A DNA stretch of 64,000 nucleotides from a virus (Duplodnaviria; Caudoviricetes). Below the pieces are notes generated by a model, which was not told the DNA's origin, did not search any database, and saw only the letters and a program-made list of their open reading frames with translations. The stretch covers positions 1 through 64,000 of IMG/VR virus record IMGVR_UViG_2738541308_000001; one strand, written 5' to 3'. Both the position numbers and the translations under genes were made by a program. Shown here piece by piece: positions 48,719-57,633 of the stretch; position 1 is the first letter of the stretch, and the number at the start of each line of letters is the position of its first letter.

Positions 48719-49511
48719 ACAGCGTCTACTCTGTCTCTCGCGGGACACGTGTCGAAAAATCCGGTCCCAAATTCTCCGGTACTTCCTAGACCATTCGGGT
48801 CTCTGTAACCACGCTCTCCGGAACGTAGATGCAGACCGGGGCACAACCGAATAGCGGGCAATGCCCGGACGTCCCTCGCGGTCGGCGTCCGGGCATTGTC
48901 GCACCCAGACTCCCTCAGGATGCAGCCAGCCAGCAGCGCCGAGGGCTTCGCCCCGACCGCACGTTTCCGCTACCTCGGGATGCGGTCGGGGCACACAAAC
49001 TAGACGAGGTGCGGATGAAGCGAAGACTCTCGAATTGGTTGCGACGCATCGCCTATCGACTCGACCCAGAACCGACGCGACCTCAGAGTCGGGACTATGG
49101 ACAGGTGCCGTACGTGCCGAAAGTCCCTACCCTGACCTTCGGTCGACAGTCTGGCCAGACAGAACAGATGCAACAGTACTTGGCGCGGAACAATGACCGC
49201 CCGAACCATCGGTGACATCGACAGGCTTCTCAGCCGAGTGGTCGAATTCCGACGACGTGCGCCTGACCAACGATTTCACCAAATCCTCAGTCGCAGAATC
49301 GACTCACTCCTCGCGGACCGAACACACGCGAAGGCACAAACTTGGCCGGCCGCCGAACCCCTCGACCTCGAGGATCGGCTTGTCAACGTCACCCGGCCCT
49401 GGCACGAGTCAGCCAGGGCCGGGAGCGAAGCGCACCCACGACATACCCACCGTTCAATGGGTGAGGTGTTGCTGCCCGGCCAACCAACCGAAGAAGGAAA
49501 CGGGGGAGACG

Positions 49512-49739
49512 ATGCAATCACCACGTCGTGACCCGTTCCTGCAGTACTGGACCAGCAGCGCAGAAGGCCTCGCGAAGTGGGCCTCCACGCCTGACGGCGC
49601 ATGGACGCGATTGGTGGCCCACCTGCGCAAACACATGTCCGAACGCCACGCGAAAGGCCTTGCCTCCAAGTACTACCGCGTGGTGTTCGGCATGTGGGTC
49701 GGGGAACGGAAAGGGAAAAACCCGGTCGGGCCGGGCTGA
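49512..49739 (+). CDS. Hypothetical phage protein
   Basis: YW....GLAKW......WTRLVAHLRKH; RBS. Confidence 0.6.
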   Translation: MQSPRRDPFLQYWTSSAEGLAKWASTPDGAWTRLVAHLRKHMSERHAKGLASKYYRVVFGMWVGERKGKNPVGPG

Positions 49740-49742
49740 CGA

Positions 49743-50294
49743 CTACTGCTGAGTCATCGACGTGATCTCAACGCTGTACTTCGAGTCGCCCATGAACTGC
49801 ACATTGCACTCGTAGTTCGCGCGCAACACTGTGCCGAGGGCGTTCTGACTGTCGACACCACCGGAAATCGTCCACGTGTCTGTCGGATCCTCGCGCACTG
49901 CCGGATCTGCCGTGAACTCCGCTGAGGCCGGCGCCGACAACCGATCGGAAACAGTGTCCTGGCAAGCCTGAACCGCGTTCTCGACGCGACTCGTGCGCGT
50001 CGGAGATGTCAATGAGAAGATCACGACAAGCGCCACGAACAAGACGACGACCCCGCCGAGAATCCACGGCCACCGCTTCTTCTTTTTCGGAGGCTGGGGC
50101 ACCGGGTACCCGGCGGGCTGCCCCGACCAGTTTTGCTGCGGCTGCTGCGGGTACGCGCCCGAAGGCTGTCCGTACCCGTACGGCGCGCGCGGATCTGCTC
50201 CTACCGGCGGGTTGACGCCGGGTTGACGCGGATCTGCTCCTGGATGGGGATAGCCACCGTTCGGCGGGGGCTGAGTCATCGTCACAACCTTCAC
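49743..50294 (-). CDS. Pro/Gln-rich membrane protein (possible superinfection-exclusion moron)
   Basis: Pro-rich N-terminus, KKKKRWPW plus TM helix, extracytoplasmic domain with 2 Cys. Confidence 0.7.
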   Translation of the reverse strand: MKVVTMTQPPPNGGYPHPGADPRQPGVNPPVGADPRAPYGYGQPSGAYPQQPQQNWSGQPAGYPVPQPPKKKKRWPWILGGVVVLFVALVVIFSLTSPTRTSRVENAVQACQDTVSDRLSAPASAEFTADPAVREDPTDTWTISGGVDSQNALGTVLRANYECNVQFMGDSKYSVEITSMTQQ

Positions 50295-50313
50295 TCGTCC
50301 AGAGGGCCGGTGA

Positions 50314-50613
50314 TCAGCCCTTTTCTATGCGGTTCTTCCGCGCCTGTGACTTGCGTTCCTGTGCGACCTCTTTGGTGCGGGGTCGAGGAGCGGACTTATC
50401 GGAGTTGATAAGGCCGAGCTTGTTCAAGCGCAGTCTCAGAGTGTAGAGCGACAGGCTGGATGCTTCGGTGATCTCATCCCAGGTCCACCCTTCCGGGTAC
50501 ACCTTTTTCAGGCTCTTGTTGATGCTCTCTTCGACCGCCTCGAGTTCCGCACGCAGCTCCCGCCGGCGCTCGCCGAGAGCGGTCAATGCGTCGATGTTCT
50601 TCCTCGATACCAT
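50314..50613 (-). CDS. Small HTH DNA-binding protein
   Basis: GWTWDEITEASSLSLYTLR. Confidence 0.6.
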   Translation of the reverse strand: MVSRKNIDALTALGERRRELRAELEAVEESINKSLKKVYPEGWTWDEITEASSLSLYTLRLRLNKLGLINSDKSAPRPRTKEVAQERKSQARKNRIEKG

Positions 50614-51228
50614 GTCCGGGATCGTAGTCACGATCCTTCGGGGCCGCAATCTTCGTGATGGGGCCATAGTCGCGGCCGGGGCGTATGTTCTCACGGGATC
50701 GTCGATATTCGGACGGTCGGAGCGGACTTCGATACGAGGCGCTCCGAGTGGTCAGCGTGACGAGTGAGCGCAGACGCGAGTGTGCGTGCGGCTTTGGGGG
50801 AGAGGTCGACGAGCCCGTGAGGCATGGTCGCTGCCAAGGTCACCAACGGGGCTTCGTCGATGCAATCCGAGGTGACGGTCACTTCGCACCCGAGAGTGCT
50901 CAGGACGGTGACTGGAGCCTCCTCCGACGGGGGATGGCTCGGAACTGCGGGCAGATGCGTGTCGTTTCGCATGGGTTGGGTACTCCGTGATCGCGCGTGT
51001 TCGTTTGTTTGAGGGGACATCAGGTCGGGCACCCAGGGAAGGTGTGGCCTGAACCACAGGTGTCTCTCCCGGTGGAATTAGACCACCTGCCGCCGACACC
51101 GAAAAATCCGACCCTTCGGACTTGGGGTCGTTGGCCGAGGCGACACCTCGAGGGCGCATTCTAAGGGTTTGACCTGCGGATATGCTGCATGATGCTTGCA
51201 TCATTCAACAGCTTCGTGAGGGTAGCCG

Positions 51229-51261
51229 AAAAGGCCCCCACACCTCTCCGGTGTGGGGCCT
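51229..51261 (-). terminator. Intrinsic terminator
   Basis: Stem aggccccacacc/ggtgtgggggcct followed by a U-tract on the - strand. Confidence 0.65.
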
Positions 51262-51268
51262 GATCGAC

Positions 51269-52021
51269 TTACCCGATGGCCTGCCTTCCGGCGCCGACGC
51301 GGGTGTTCCCTACGTCGGCACGGTCACCTGCAGCATGGCCGGCTCGGTAACCTTCGCCGCGGCCGACGGAGCGCCCGCGACCCTGGCCGATCATTCCGGC
51401 GTACTTCTTGTACATCGCCGCCTGCGCTCGATCGAAGTCGCTCTTGAGCATCAGGGACGCTCCGGTGCCGCCGTTCTCACGGTCGTACGTCGACGCCGCA
51501 TTGTCCTCGCTCTCCTGGATACGAGAACCGATGCGGTCCGCGAACCCGATCATGAATTCCGCGCGGTGTTCGGCGGTGAGGCGGGCTGAATCCTTCGGAT
51601 CCCGTCCTGCGAACGGATTCGCTGGAATAGCTTGCGTTGCAGATGAAAGCAGCTGCGGCATCAGGAGTTGGATCAAGAACTTCACGCGCTCGAGATGACG
51701 GGACAGCCCGAAAATCTGCAACACATGCTCACCATGCAGTTGAACGGCGTCGCAATGCAGGGACTTGGATACGCGATTGACCAGATACATCTTCTCGTAG
51801 CCGAACCGGTCACCGGTGTAGGTGAACGTTACCGCCTTCATTGTGTCGCCATCCACGTTGCCGGAACCGGCAGAACCACGGGCCATTGCTTCGTCGATGC
51901 CGTACTTCGCCAGGAGTTCGAATGCCTTCTCGCGCAACGTATCGGCCTCGAGTGTACCTTCGACCGAATCCGCCTTTGCGAACAGACCCTTGATCCTGTT
52001 GAGCATCTTGTTGTCAACCAT
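51269..52021 (-). CDS. DUF2786 protein
   Basis: LNRIKGLFAKA...EA.....KA.ELLAKYGI. Confidence 0.85.
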   Translation of the reverse strand: MVDNKMLNRIKGLFAKADSVEGTLEADTLREKAFELLAKYGIDEAMARGSAGSGNVDGDTMKAVTFTYTGDRFGYEKMYLVNRVSKSLHCDAVQLHGEHVLQIFGLSRHLERVKFLIQLLMPQLLSSATQAIPANPFAGRDPKDSARLTAEHRAEFMIGFADRIGSRIQESEDNAASTYDRENGGTGASLMLKSDFDRAQAAMYKKYAGMIGQGRGRSVGRGEGYRAGHAAGDRADVGNTRVGAGRQAIG

Positions 52022-52144
52022 TGTGCGTGTCCTAACCTTTCGAGACTGAGGGTGAATTCCGAACGTCAGGGTGGGCACCGGGGACGGGTGCCCACCCTTG
52101 CTCCGGCGAGTGCCAGCTCGCCGGAGCCCACTGTCGAACGATGG

Positions 52145-52666
52145 TCACTCTTCGATGACTTCTTCTGCGGTGACTCCCGATTGGGGAGCGTCATCGCCGT
52201 CATCGTCGAGGTCGATGGTCTGCTGGCCGGCGTTCTTTCCGTCACCGATTGCCTTCTGCCGGCTCTTACGCTTCGGCTTTGGGGCCTCGATCGGATTGAA
52301 CATCCATTCAGCGGTGTGATTGCCCAGGTAGTTGATCAGCAGATCAGAACTCTTGAAGTCGATCGCTGCGCCGTCGGCGCCGATCTTCTTCTTGAGGTAC
52401 CCGGTTTGTTCTGCGATGCAGAACCATTCACCACCGACGTGTTCCCATACGAGTTGGATTTCACGGGCCTTACCTTCGGGAGATCCGTCGGCTTTGACCT
52501 TGTGTGCGCGGACGGTGATCCGCGCAACCACCTCGTTGACCACGCTGTGTTCGACGGTGTAACTCCAGCCCATGAGGAGCATCGCTCCGAGCACGTTCGT
52601 GAAGTCGTCCGGAAGGGTCTCAGTCTTGAAAACCGGGACATACGCTTCGGTGGACTTGCTGGACAT
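52145..52666 (-). CDS. Hypothetical protein
   Basis: ggaaagggg RBS; acidic tail. Confidence 0.7.
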   Translation of the reverse strand: MSSKSTEAYVPVFKTETLPDDFTNVLGAMLLMGWSYTVEHSVVNEVVARITVRAHKVKADGSPEGKAREIQLVWEHVGGEWFCIAEQTGYLKKKIGADGAAIDFKSSDLLINYLGNHTAEWMFNPIEAPKPKRKSRQKAIGDGKNAGQQTIDLDDDGDDAPQSGVTAEEVIEE

Positions 52667-52828
52667 AATGGTCCCCTTTCCGAGGGATCATCGGCAGCAA
52701 CACCATTGGGCATTGCTGCCTTGTGGTTGTGGGTGTCTCACGCTATTGAGTTCTCAAAGATCATGTGCTCGAGGGTTTCTCCCCTGGCCTATTCAGGGTT
52801 CCCAAGAGCCGGCATTCAGACTTGTGAC

Positions 52829-53352
52829 GATATGAAGTTGTTGGGACAGACCAACACTGAGGTTTTCCAGACTCTGAGCTGGTATCCAGATTGCTTGCCA
52901 GCTGGCCTGTGTTGCTGGCCCCTACTGGCTTGCTGATGCATAGTTTGCCCTATGGGGGCATAATCTGTCAACCCTGCAGGTGGGAGGCTATTTCTGGGGC
53001 AATTTATGGGCCTTGTTGACCTCTCAGGGCTGTGAACTGCCCCTTGGGCTGCACTGCACCACTGGCCAACCTCAGGGATGGGTGGTCCTGGCCCTGAGAT
53101 CAATTCTCAGAGCCTGTGAGTCACTATGGGTACATAGTGCCCAGAATGGCCCAAGGATTGCCCAGGGCCTCCCTCAGGGGCATTAATTGCAATAGTTGTA
53201 ACAGAGCTTGCACTATTGGGGCATAGTGACCTAATGTCAGGGGCACACCAGCTAGTCAAGCTGGCCCAGGGGGCAAGTGCCCCAGGGGAACATCCCAAAC
53301 CAGTGAGGTCACTCATGGGAGAACATCACCCAAATGTCACCACAGCCCAGCC
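52829..53352. promoter_or_regulatory. Divergent promoter region 2, CpG-free, with CACTATG-N4-CATAGTG operators
   Basis: TTGACA on the - strand at 52966-52971 abutting an operator at 52948-52965; further operators at 53122-53139 and 53211-53228. Confidence 0.8.
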
Positions 53353-53387
53353 GGCCCAACACCTCCCCAGCGAGACAGGGGAGTGAG

Positions 53388-53579
53388 ATGAAAAAGATCA
53401 GAGTCATCTGGGAAGAACACAGCACACACCAGCAGGAGTTCGACGTTCCGGACGACTTCGCAGTCGAACCACACGAAGAGGGATACGACCTCAGCAACGC
53501 GCTCGCCAGCCTCGTAGACGAGCGCGGCGACGGATTCCTGGGACTCGAACGCACCGTAATCGACGTGACCGAGCTATGA
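53388..53579 (+). CDS. Small acidic protein
   Basis: ggggag RBS. Confidence 0.6.
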   Translation: MKKIRVIWEEHSTHQQEFDVPDDFAVEPHEEGYDLSNALASLVDERGDGFLGLERTVIDVTEL

Positions 53580-53890
53580 GCGACCAAACGACAGTCGCCG
53601 TCATCGAATACACCGATCACCACGGTGAAGTCAGATACTTCGACGACGGAGTCTGGGCTGACATCGAACTACCGAGCATCCGTGCGCACGCCGGCAGATA
53701 CCTGTTCACCAACGAATCTCTCACCTGCACCGGCGACCACAAAAACGGAAGTTTCACCGTCGACTTCGGTGGCGGAGAAACGATTTGGTACGCATGGCGA
53801 CTGCTGACCCTCGACGCACAGGACGCCGCGAACACCAGAATCATCGGTTGCGATTCCGACGCGACTGTGACTGAACGGAGCACCACATGA
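53576..53890 (+). CDS. Hypothetical protein
   Basis: ATGA overlaps. Confidence 0.6.
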   Translation: MSDQTTVAVIEYTDHHGEVRYFDDGVWADIELPSIRAHAGRYLFTNESLTCTGDHKNGSFTVDFGGGETIWYAWRLLTLDAQDAANTRIIGCDSDATVTERSTT

Positions 53891-54654
53891 TCGAACTCGA
53901 CGGAATCACCCCGTCGAAGCAGATGCTCGACGACCTCGCAGCGGAAGGTCGACCCGTCATCCTCAACTTCTCCCGCGGCAAAGACTCAGTCGCCGTCTGG
54001 ATCGAACTCGAACGACGAAACATGCAGGTCATCCCGATCCACAAGTCGATCGTGCCGGGACTGAAGTTCGTCGAGGACGATCTCAAACGCTACGAAGACT
54101 ATTTTCAAACACATATCGTCGACCTGCCGGCAGATGCGTTCTACCGCATGCTCAACAACCTCACCTTCCAGCCGCCCGAACGCTGCGCGATCATCGAAGC
54201 TGCAGGATTCCCGTCGCCGACACGCGAAGAGTGGGACATGCTCATGCGCGACAACTTCGCCGAGGACGACACCTGGATCCTCGACGGCGTGCGGGCAACA
54301 GACTCCGCCCAAAGGCGAATGGCGATCATGCGCCACGGCCCGATCAAACACCGCACCCGACGCCAGTCCGTCATCTGGGACTGGGGCATCGCAGACGTGC
54401 GACGGGCGATCAAGGACCGCGGCATCACACTCGGCCCCGACTACGAGTGGTTCGGCAAATACCTCGCCGGAAAAGTGAACCCCAGACACAGAGGCGGGCT
54501 CGACGGCAACGGTCGGTCCTTCGACGGAATTCGCTACGACTTCCTCAAGCCGATCCGCGACCACGCCCCCGACGACTACCAGCGAATCCTGCACTGGTTC
54601 CCGCTGGCTGAACTCGAACTGATGAGAATGGACATGATCAATGGCTCTGTCTGA
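53887..54654 (+). CDS. PAPS-reductase-like PP-loop (adenine nucleotide alpha-hydrolase) protein
   Basis: NFSRGKDS PP-loop, GVRATDS..RR, IWDW, DYEWFG...RSFDGI. Confidence 0.85.
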   Translation: MIELDGITPSKQMLDDLAAEGRPVILNFSRGKDSVAVWIELERRNMQVIPIHKSIVPGLKFVEDDLKRYEDYFQTHIVDLPADAFYRMLNNLTFQPPERCAIIEAAGFPSPTREEWDMLMRDNFAEDDTWILDGVRATDSAQRRMAIMRHGPIKHRTRRQSVIWDWGIADVRRAIKDRGITLGPDYEWFGKYLAGKVNPRHRGGLDGNGRSFDGIRYDFLKPIRDHAPDDYQRILHWFPLAELELMRMDMINGSV

Positions 54655-55021
54655 CGAAGTGAAAGCAAAGCTCAAAGCCGGAGGCAATCGCGCGAAGTTC
54701 TCCCGCGCAGACGTCGTCTCCGCCTTGAAAGCGAAACCCCACCCCGACCCCCTCGCCGACGTCGAATACACCGACGACATCGAGCACGACACGAAGGCCG
54801 AACTCAACGCGCTCGGCAAAGGCTTGTCCGGAGCGTCGAAAGAGTGGGCTGAACAGTTCGGCCAGATGAACGACTCCGAGTACTGGGTCGCACTGTGCTT
54901 CAAGAACCGTGCAGCGAAAGATGCCTTCCTCGCCAGCGCCGGCGTGCTCGAACTAGGGGACAAGTACCTCGACGGTCACAAAGCCGCAGAGATCCTCGGA
55001 ATCGAATTCGAGGGCCGGTAA
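54641..55021 (+). CDS. Partner of the PP-loop protein
   Basis: DSEYWVALCF....KDAFL...GDKYLDG; overlaps the upstream gene. Confidence 0.7.
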   Translation: MALSDEVKAKLKAGGNRAKFSRADVVSALKAKPHPDPLADVEYTDDIEHDTKAELNALGKGLSGASKEWAEQFGQMNDSEYWVALCFKNRAAKDAFLASAGVLELGDKYLDGHKAAEILGIEFEGR

Positions 55022-55150
55022 CCACCGACTTCCCCACCCGGGCAACCGGGTTGCGGGTTGACCAAAAGCCCACCAGCAGCTGAAAGCCCCGAGTCGCCGA
55101 AGTGTCTCGGGGCTTTCTGCTGCCCGGATCACAGGAAAGGAGGGGTGACC

Positions 55151-55273
55151 ATGCGTAATGCAGCCCGTCGTCTCGGCCAGCGCATCTCCGGTGTTTTCAA
55201 CCGAATCACTGGCCGTAACCGCAACCGCACCGCCGCAAGCCCGGCAGCCGGTTCTCTCAGCGGTTCGACCTAA
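55151..55273 (+). CDS. 40-aa Arg-rich peptide
   Basis: Very strong RBS aggaaaggagggg before MRNAARRLGQRISGVFNRITGRNRNRTAASPAAGSLSGST. Confidence 0.6.
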   Translation: MRNAARRLGQRISGVFNRITGRNRNRTAASPAAGSLSGST

Positions 55274-55373
55274 GAGGTCAGGCGTTGGTCGCGTGCTTGA
55301 AATGTGCACCGACCGACGTCACAACCCGTCCCCACAACTGAACAATCGAGCCGACTCTGACGGGAGGGCCAAC

Positions 55374-55724
55374 ATGAGCAGCCCGGAGCTTTCCGTAGTT
55401 TCCCTGCGCCCCAACCACAAACCACCTGAGCCCACTTCATCGGACGCGCCACCGGAGACACCAGAGTGGCTGACCGACATCGGCAAACAGACGTGGGCAC
55501 GGTTGGCCCCCTTGTTCAATCTCACGCCCGCTGACATCGACGAATTCGCCGCCTACTGCGAGGCGATCGCCGAATATCAGGAATCGACCGTCATCATCGC
55601 CGAAGCTGGACTGCTCATCATCGACCCTGCGTCGGGCATGCCGATTCCGAACCCGATTCAGGCCGTTCGTGATCGAGCGGACCGCAAACTCGCATTTTGG
55701 GCCGGCCGCTTTCGAGGCGCGTGA
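55374..55724 (+). CDS. P27-family terminase small subunit-like
   Basis: PEWL...GKQTW.RLAP......D...AAYCEA...G.PIPNP. Confidence 0.7.
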   Translation: MSSPELSVVSLRPNHKPPEPTSSDAPPETPEWLTDIGKQTWARLAPLFNLTPADIDEFAAYCEAIAEYQESTVIIAEAGLLIIDPASGMPIPNPIQAVRDRADRKLAFWAGRFRGA

Positions 55725-55727
55725 TAC

Positions 55728-56366
55728 ATGGCTCCGCTTCCACCCGCGTCTCGATCGCGGACAACTCGCCCGAAGAAGGGCACGAAGAAGCCGGACCTCA
55801 CACAGGCTGAACGCGACAAGATCGCTGCGTTGCATGCACAGGGCAAGGGACGCAACGAGATAGCGCGCGAGATCGGCCGGTCCGCGTACTCGGTCACCAA
55901 GGTCGCCAAGGAACTCGGGCTTTCATTCGACGAAGCTGCGACGGTCGAAGCGACAGCCGCTCGCGTCGCGAAGATGAAGGCCCGCCGAGTCGACCTCGCC
56001 GAGCAACTTCTCGACGACGTCGTCAAGCTCCGTGAGCGCCTGTGGTCCCCACACAACTACTACGAACGCGGCCAGGACGCCATGATCCCGGTGACCTTGC
56101 CGCTGCCCCCGCTGCGCGACGCCCGCGACGGCTACGCCGCACTGCAGATCGCGCTTAAAGGCCACATGGATCTCATTGCTGGCTCTACCGATTCGTCGGT
56201 CGAGGACAAGCGGTCCGTGCTCGCCAATCTCATCGATCGCATCAAGACGGTCGTCGACGAGGACAAGAAGAACGGTGCGCCGCCGCCGGACACATCAGTG
56301 CCCGTCAACGACGAAGCCGGTACCGCCGCAGAGCAGAAGGAGGTGGCGGGTGACGACGTTCAATGA
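55728..56366 (+). CDS. HTH terminase small subunit
   Basis: LHAQGKGRNEIAREIGRS; directly upstream of TerL. Confidence 0.75.
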   Translation: MAPLPPASRSRTTRPKKGTKKPDLTQAERDKIAALHAQGKGRNEIAREIGRSAYSVTKVAKELGLSFDEAATVEATAARVAKMKARRVDLAEQLLDDVVKLRERLWSPHNYYERGQDAMIPVTLPLPPLRDARDGYAALQIALKGHMDLIAGSTDSSVEDKRSVLANLIDRIKTVVDEDKKNGAPPPDTSVPVNDEAGTAAEQKEVAGDDVQ

Positions 56367-57633
56367 CCTGCCACTGTCGCGGAAGCAGCTCTACTCGATA
56401 GCCGAGGCCGAAGCCCGCATCAACATCTGGGAAGGCGCAATCCGGTCCGGAAAGACCTTCGGCTCGATGATGCGGTGGCTGATGTTCTTGTCGAACCCGC
56501 CAGGGGGCGGACAGTTCGTCATGGTCGGGCGTACCCGCGAATCCCTCGCTCGCAACGTTATCTCACCGATGCAGGATCCCGACATCTTCGGGGAATTCGC
56601 CGACACCGTCCACTACGTCACAGGCGCGCCGTCTGCGACGATCCTGGGTCGCCGCGTCTACATGCTCGGTGCGTCGGACGCGAAGGCGGAGAAGTCCCTT
56701 CGAGGGCTCACCGTTGCCGGTGCCTACGCCGACGAAATCACCGTTATCCGGTCGGACTTCTTCCATCAGCTACTCGGTCGTATGTCTGTCACCGGCGCGA
56801 AGTTGTTCGGAACGACGAACCCCGACAACCCGATGCACTGGCTCAAGGCCGAGTATCTCGACCGACTGCATGAGCTTCCAGACTGGCGCAGTTGGCATTT
56901 CACGCTCGACGACAACCCTGCATTGTCCGAGGACTACAAGAACTCGATCAAGCGCGAGTACACAGGCCTCTGGTACCGCCGCTTCATCCTCGGTCACTGG
57001 GTCGCAGCGGACGGCGCCGTCTACGACATGTGGGAGCCGTCCAAGCACGTCGTGCGGTGGCAGGACCTACCGCAGATGGTGGAACTGTTCGGCGTCGGAG
57101 TGGATTACGGCACCACGAATCCCACCGTGGCGTTGTTGCTCGGCGTGGGTGCCGACGGCGTGCTTTACCTGATCGACGAATGGTCGTACACGCCACGATC
57201 GGACGCCACCCGATGGACCGACGCGCAACTTTCCCGCGGCCTGCGTGACTGGCTCGCGGAAGGTCACCTGCCGTACCCGACGCGAATGCCTCCCGGGCCG
57301 GTCATCGTCGACCCCGCTGCGGCGTCGTTCCGGGTTCAGCTCCTCCAGGACGAACTCCCGACGTATGCGGCCGAAAACGATGTGCTGTATGGGATTCGGA
57401 CCATCGCAACGTTGCTCTCGACTGGAAAGCTGAAGGTCACCGATCGCTGCAAGACCTTCATGACCGAGGTCGCCGGTTACTCGTGGGACACGCAAGCAAC
57501 ATCCGAGGGCTACGACCAGCCCATTAAGTCTGCGGATCACGCGCTCGACGCTGCCCGCTACGCCATCGTCACCACCGAAAAGCGGTGGCGGCGCTACGTC
57601 GATGTGAACGGAGGCGAGTATGCCGCTTCCTGA
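56350..57633 (+). CDS. terL: Terminase large subunit (PBSX-type)
   Basis: EGAIRSGKT, ADEIT, TTNPD, VDYGTTNP, DHALDAARY. Confidence 0.95.
   Translation: MTTFNDLPLSRKQLYSIAEAEARINIWEGAIRSGKTFGSMMRWLMFLSNPPGGGQFVMVGRTRESLARNVISPMQDPDIFGEFADTVHYVTGAPSATILGRRVYMLGASDAKAEKSLRGLTVAGAYADEITVIRSDFFHQLLGRMSVTGAKLFGTTNPDNPMHWLKAEYLDRLHELPDWRSWHFTLDDNPALSEDYKNSIKREYTGLWYRRFILGHWVAADGAVYDMWEPSKHVVRWQDLPQMVELFGVGVDYGTTNPTVALLLGVGADGVLYLIDEWSYTPRSDATRWTDAQLSRGLRDWLAEGHLPYPTRMPPGPVIVDPAAASFRVQLLQDELPTYAAENDVLYGIRTIATLLSTGKLKVTDRCKTFMTEVAGYSWDTQATSEGYDQPIKSADHALDAARYAIVTTEKRWRRYVDVNGGEYAAS

Noticed and set aside
48701-48735. Cluster of TAGACA/GTCTA half-sites as another operator copy
   Set aside because: Half-sites are not in the TRTCTA-N9-TAGAYA arrangement, so it was not counted.
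53887-54654. Complete Dnd/Ssp phosphorothioation or 7-deazaguanine (dpd/que) system
   Set aside because: Only a PP-loop protein is present; no cysteine desulfurase, DndD/E, SspB/C, DpdA, FolE or QueD/E is recognisable in the window.
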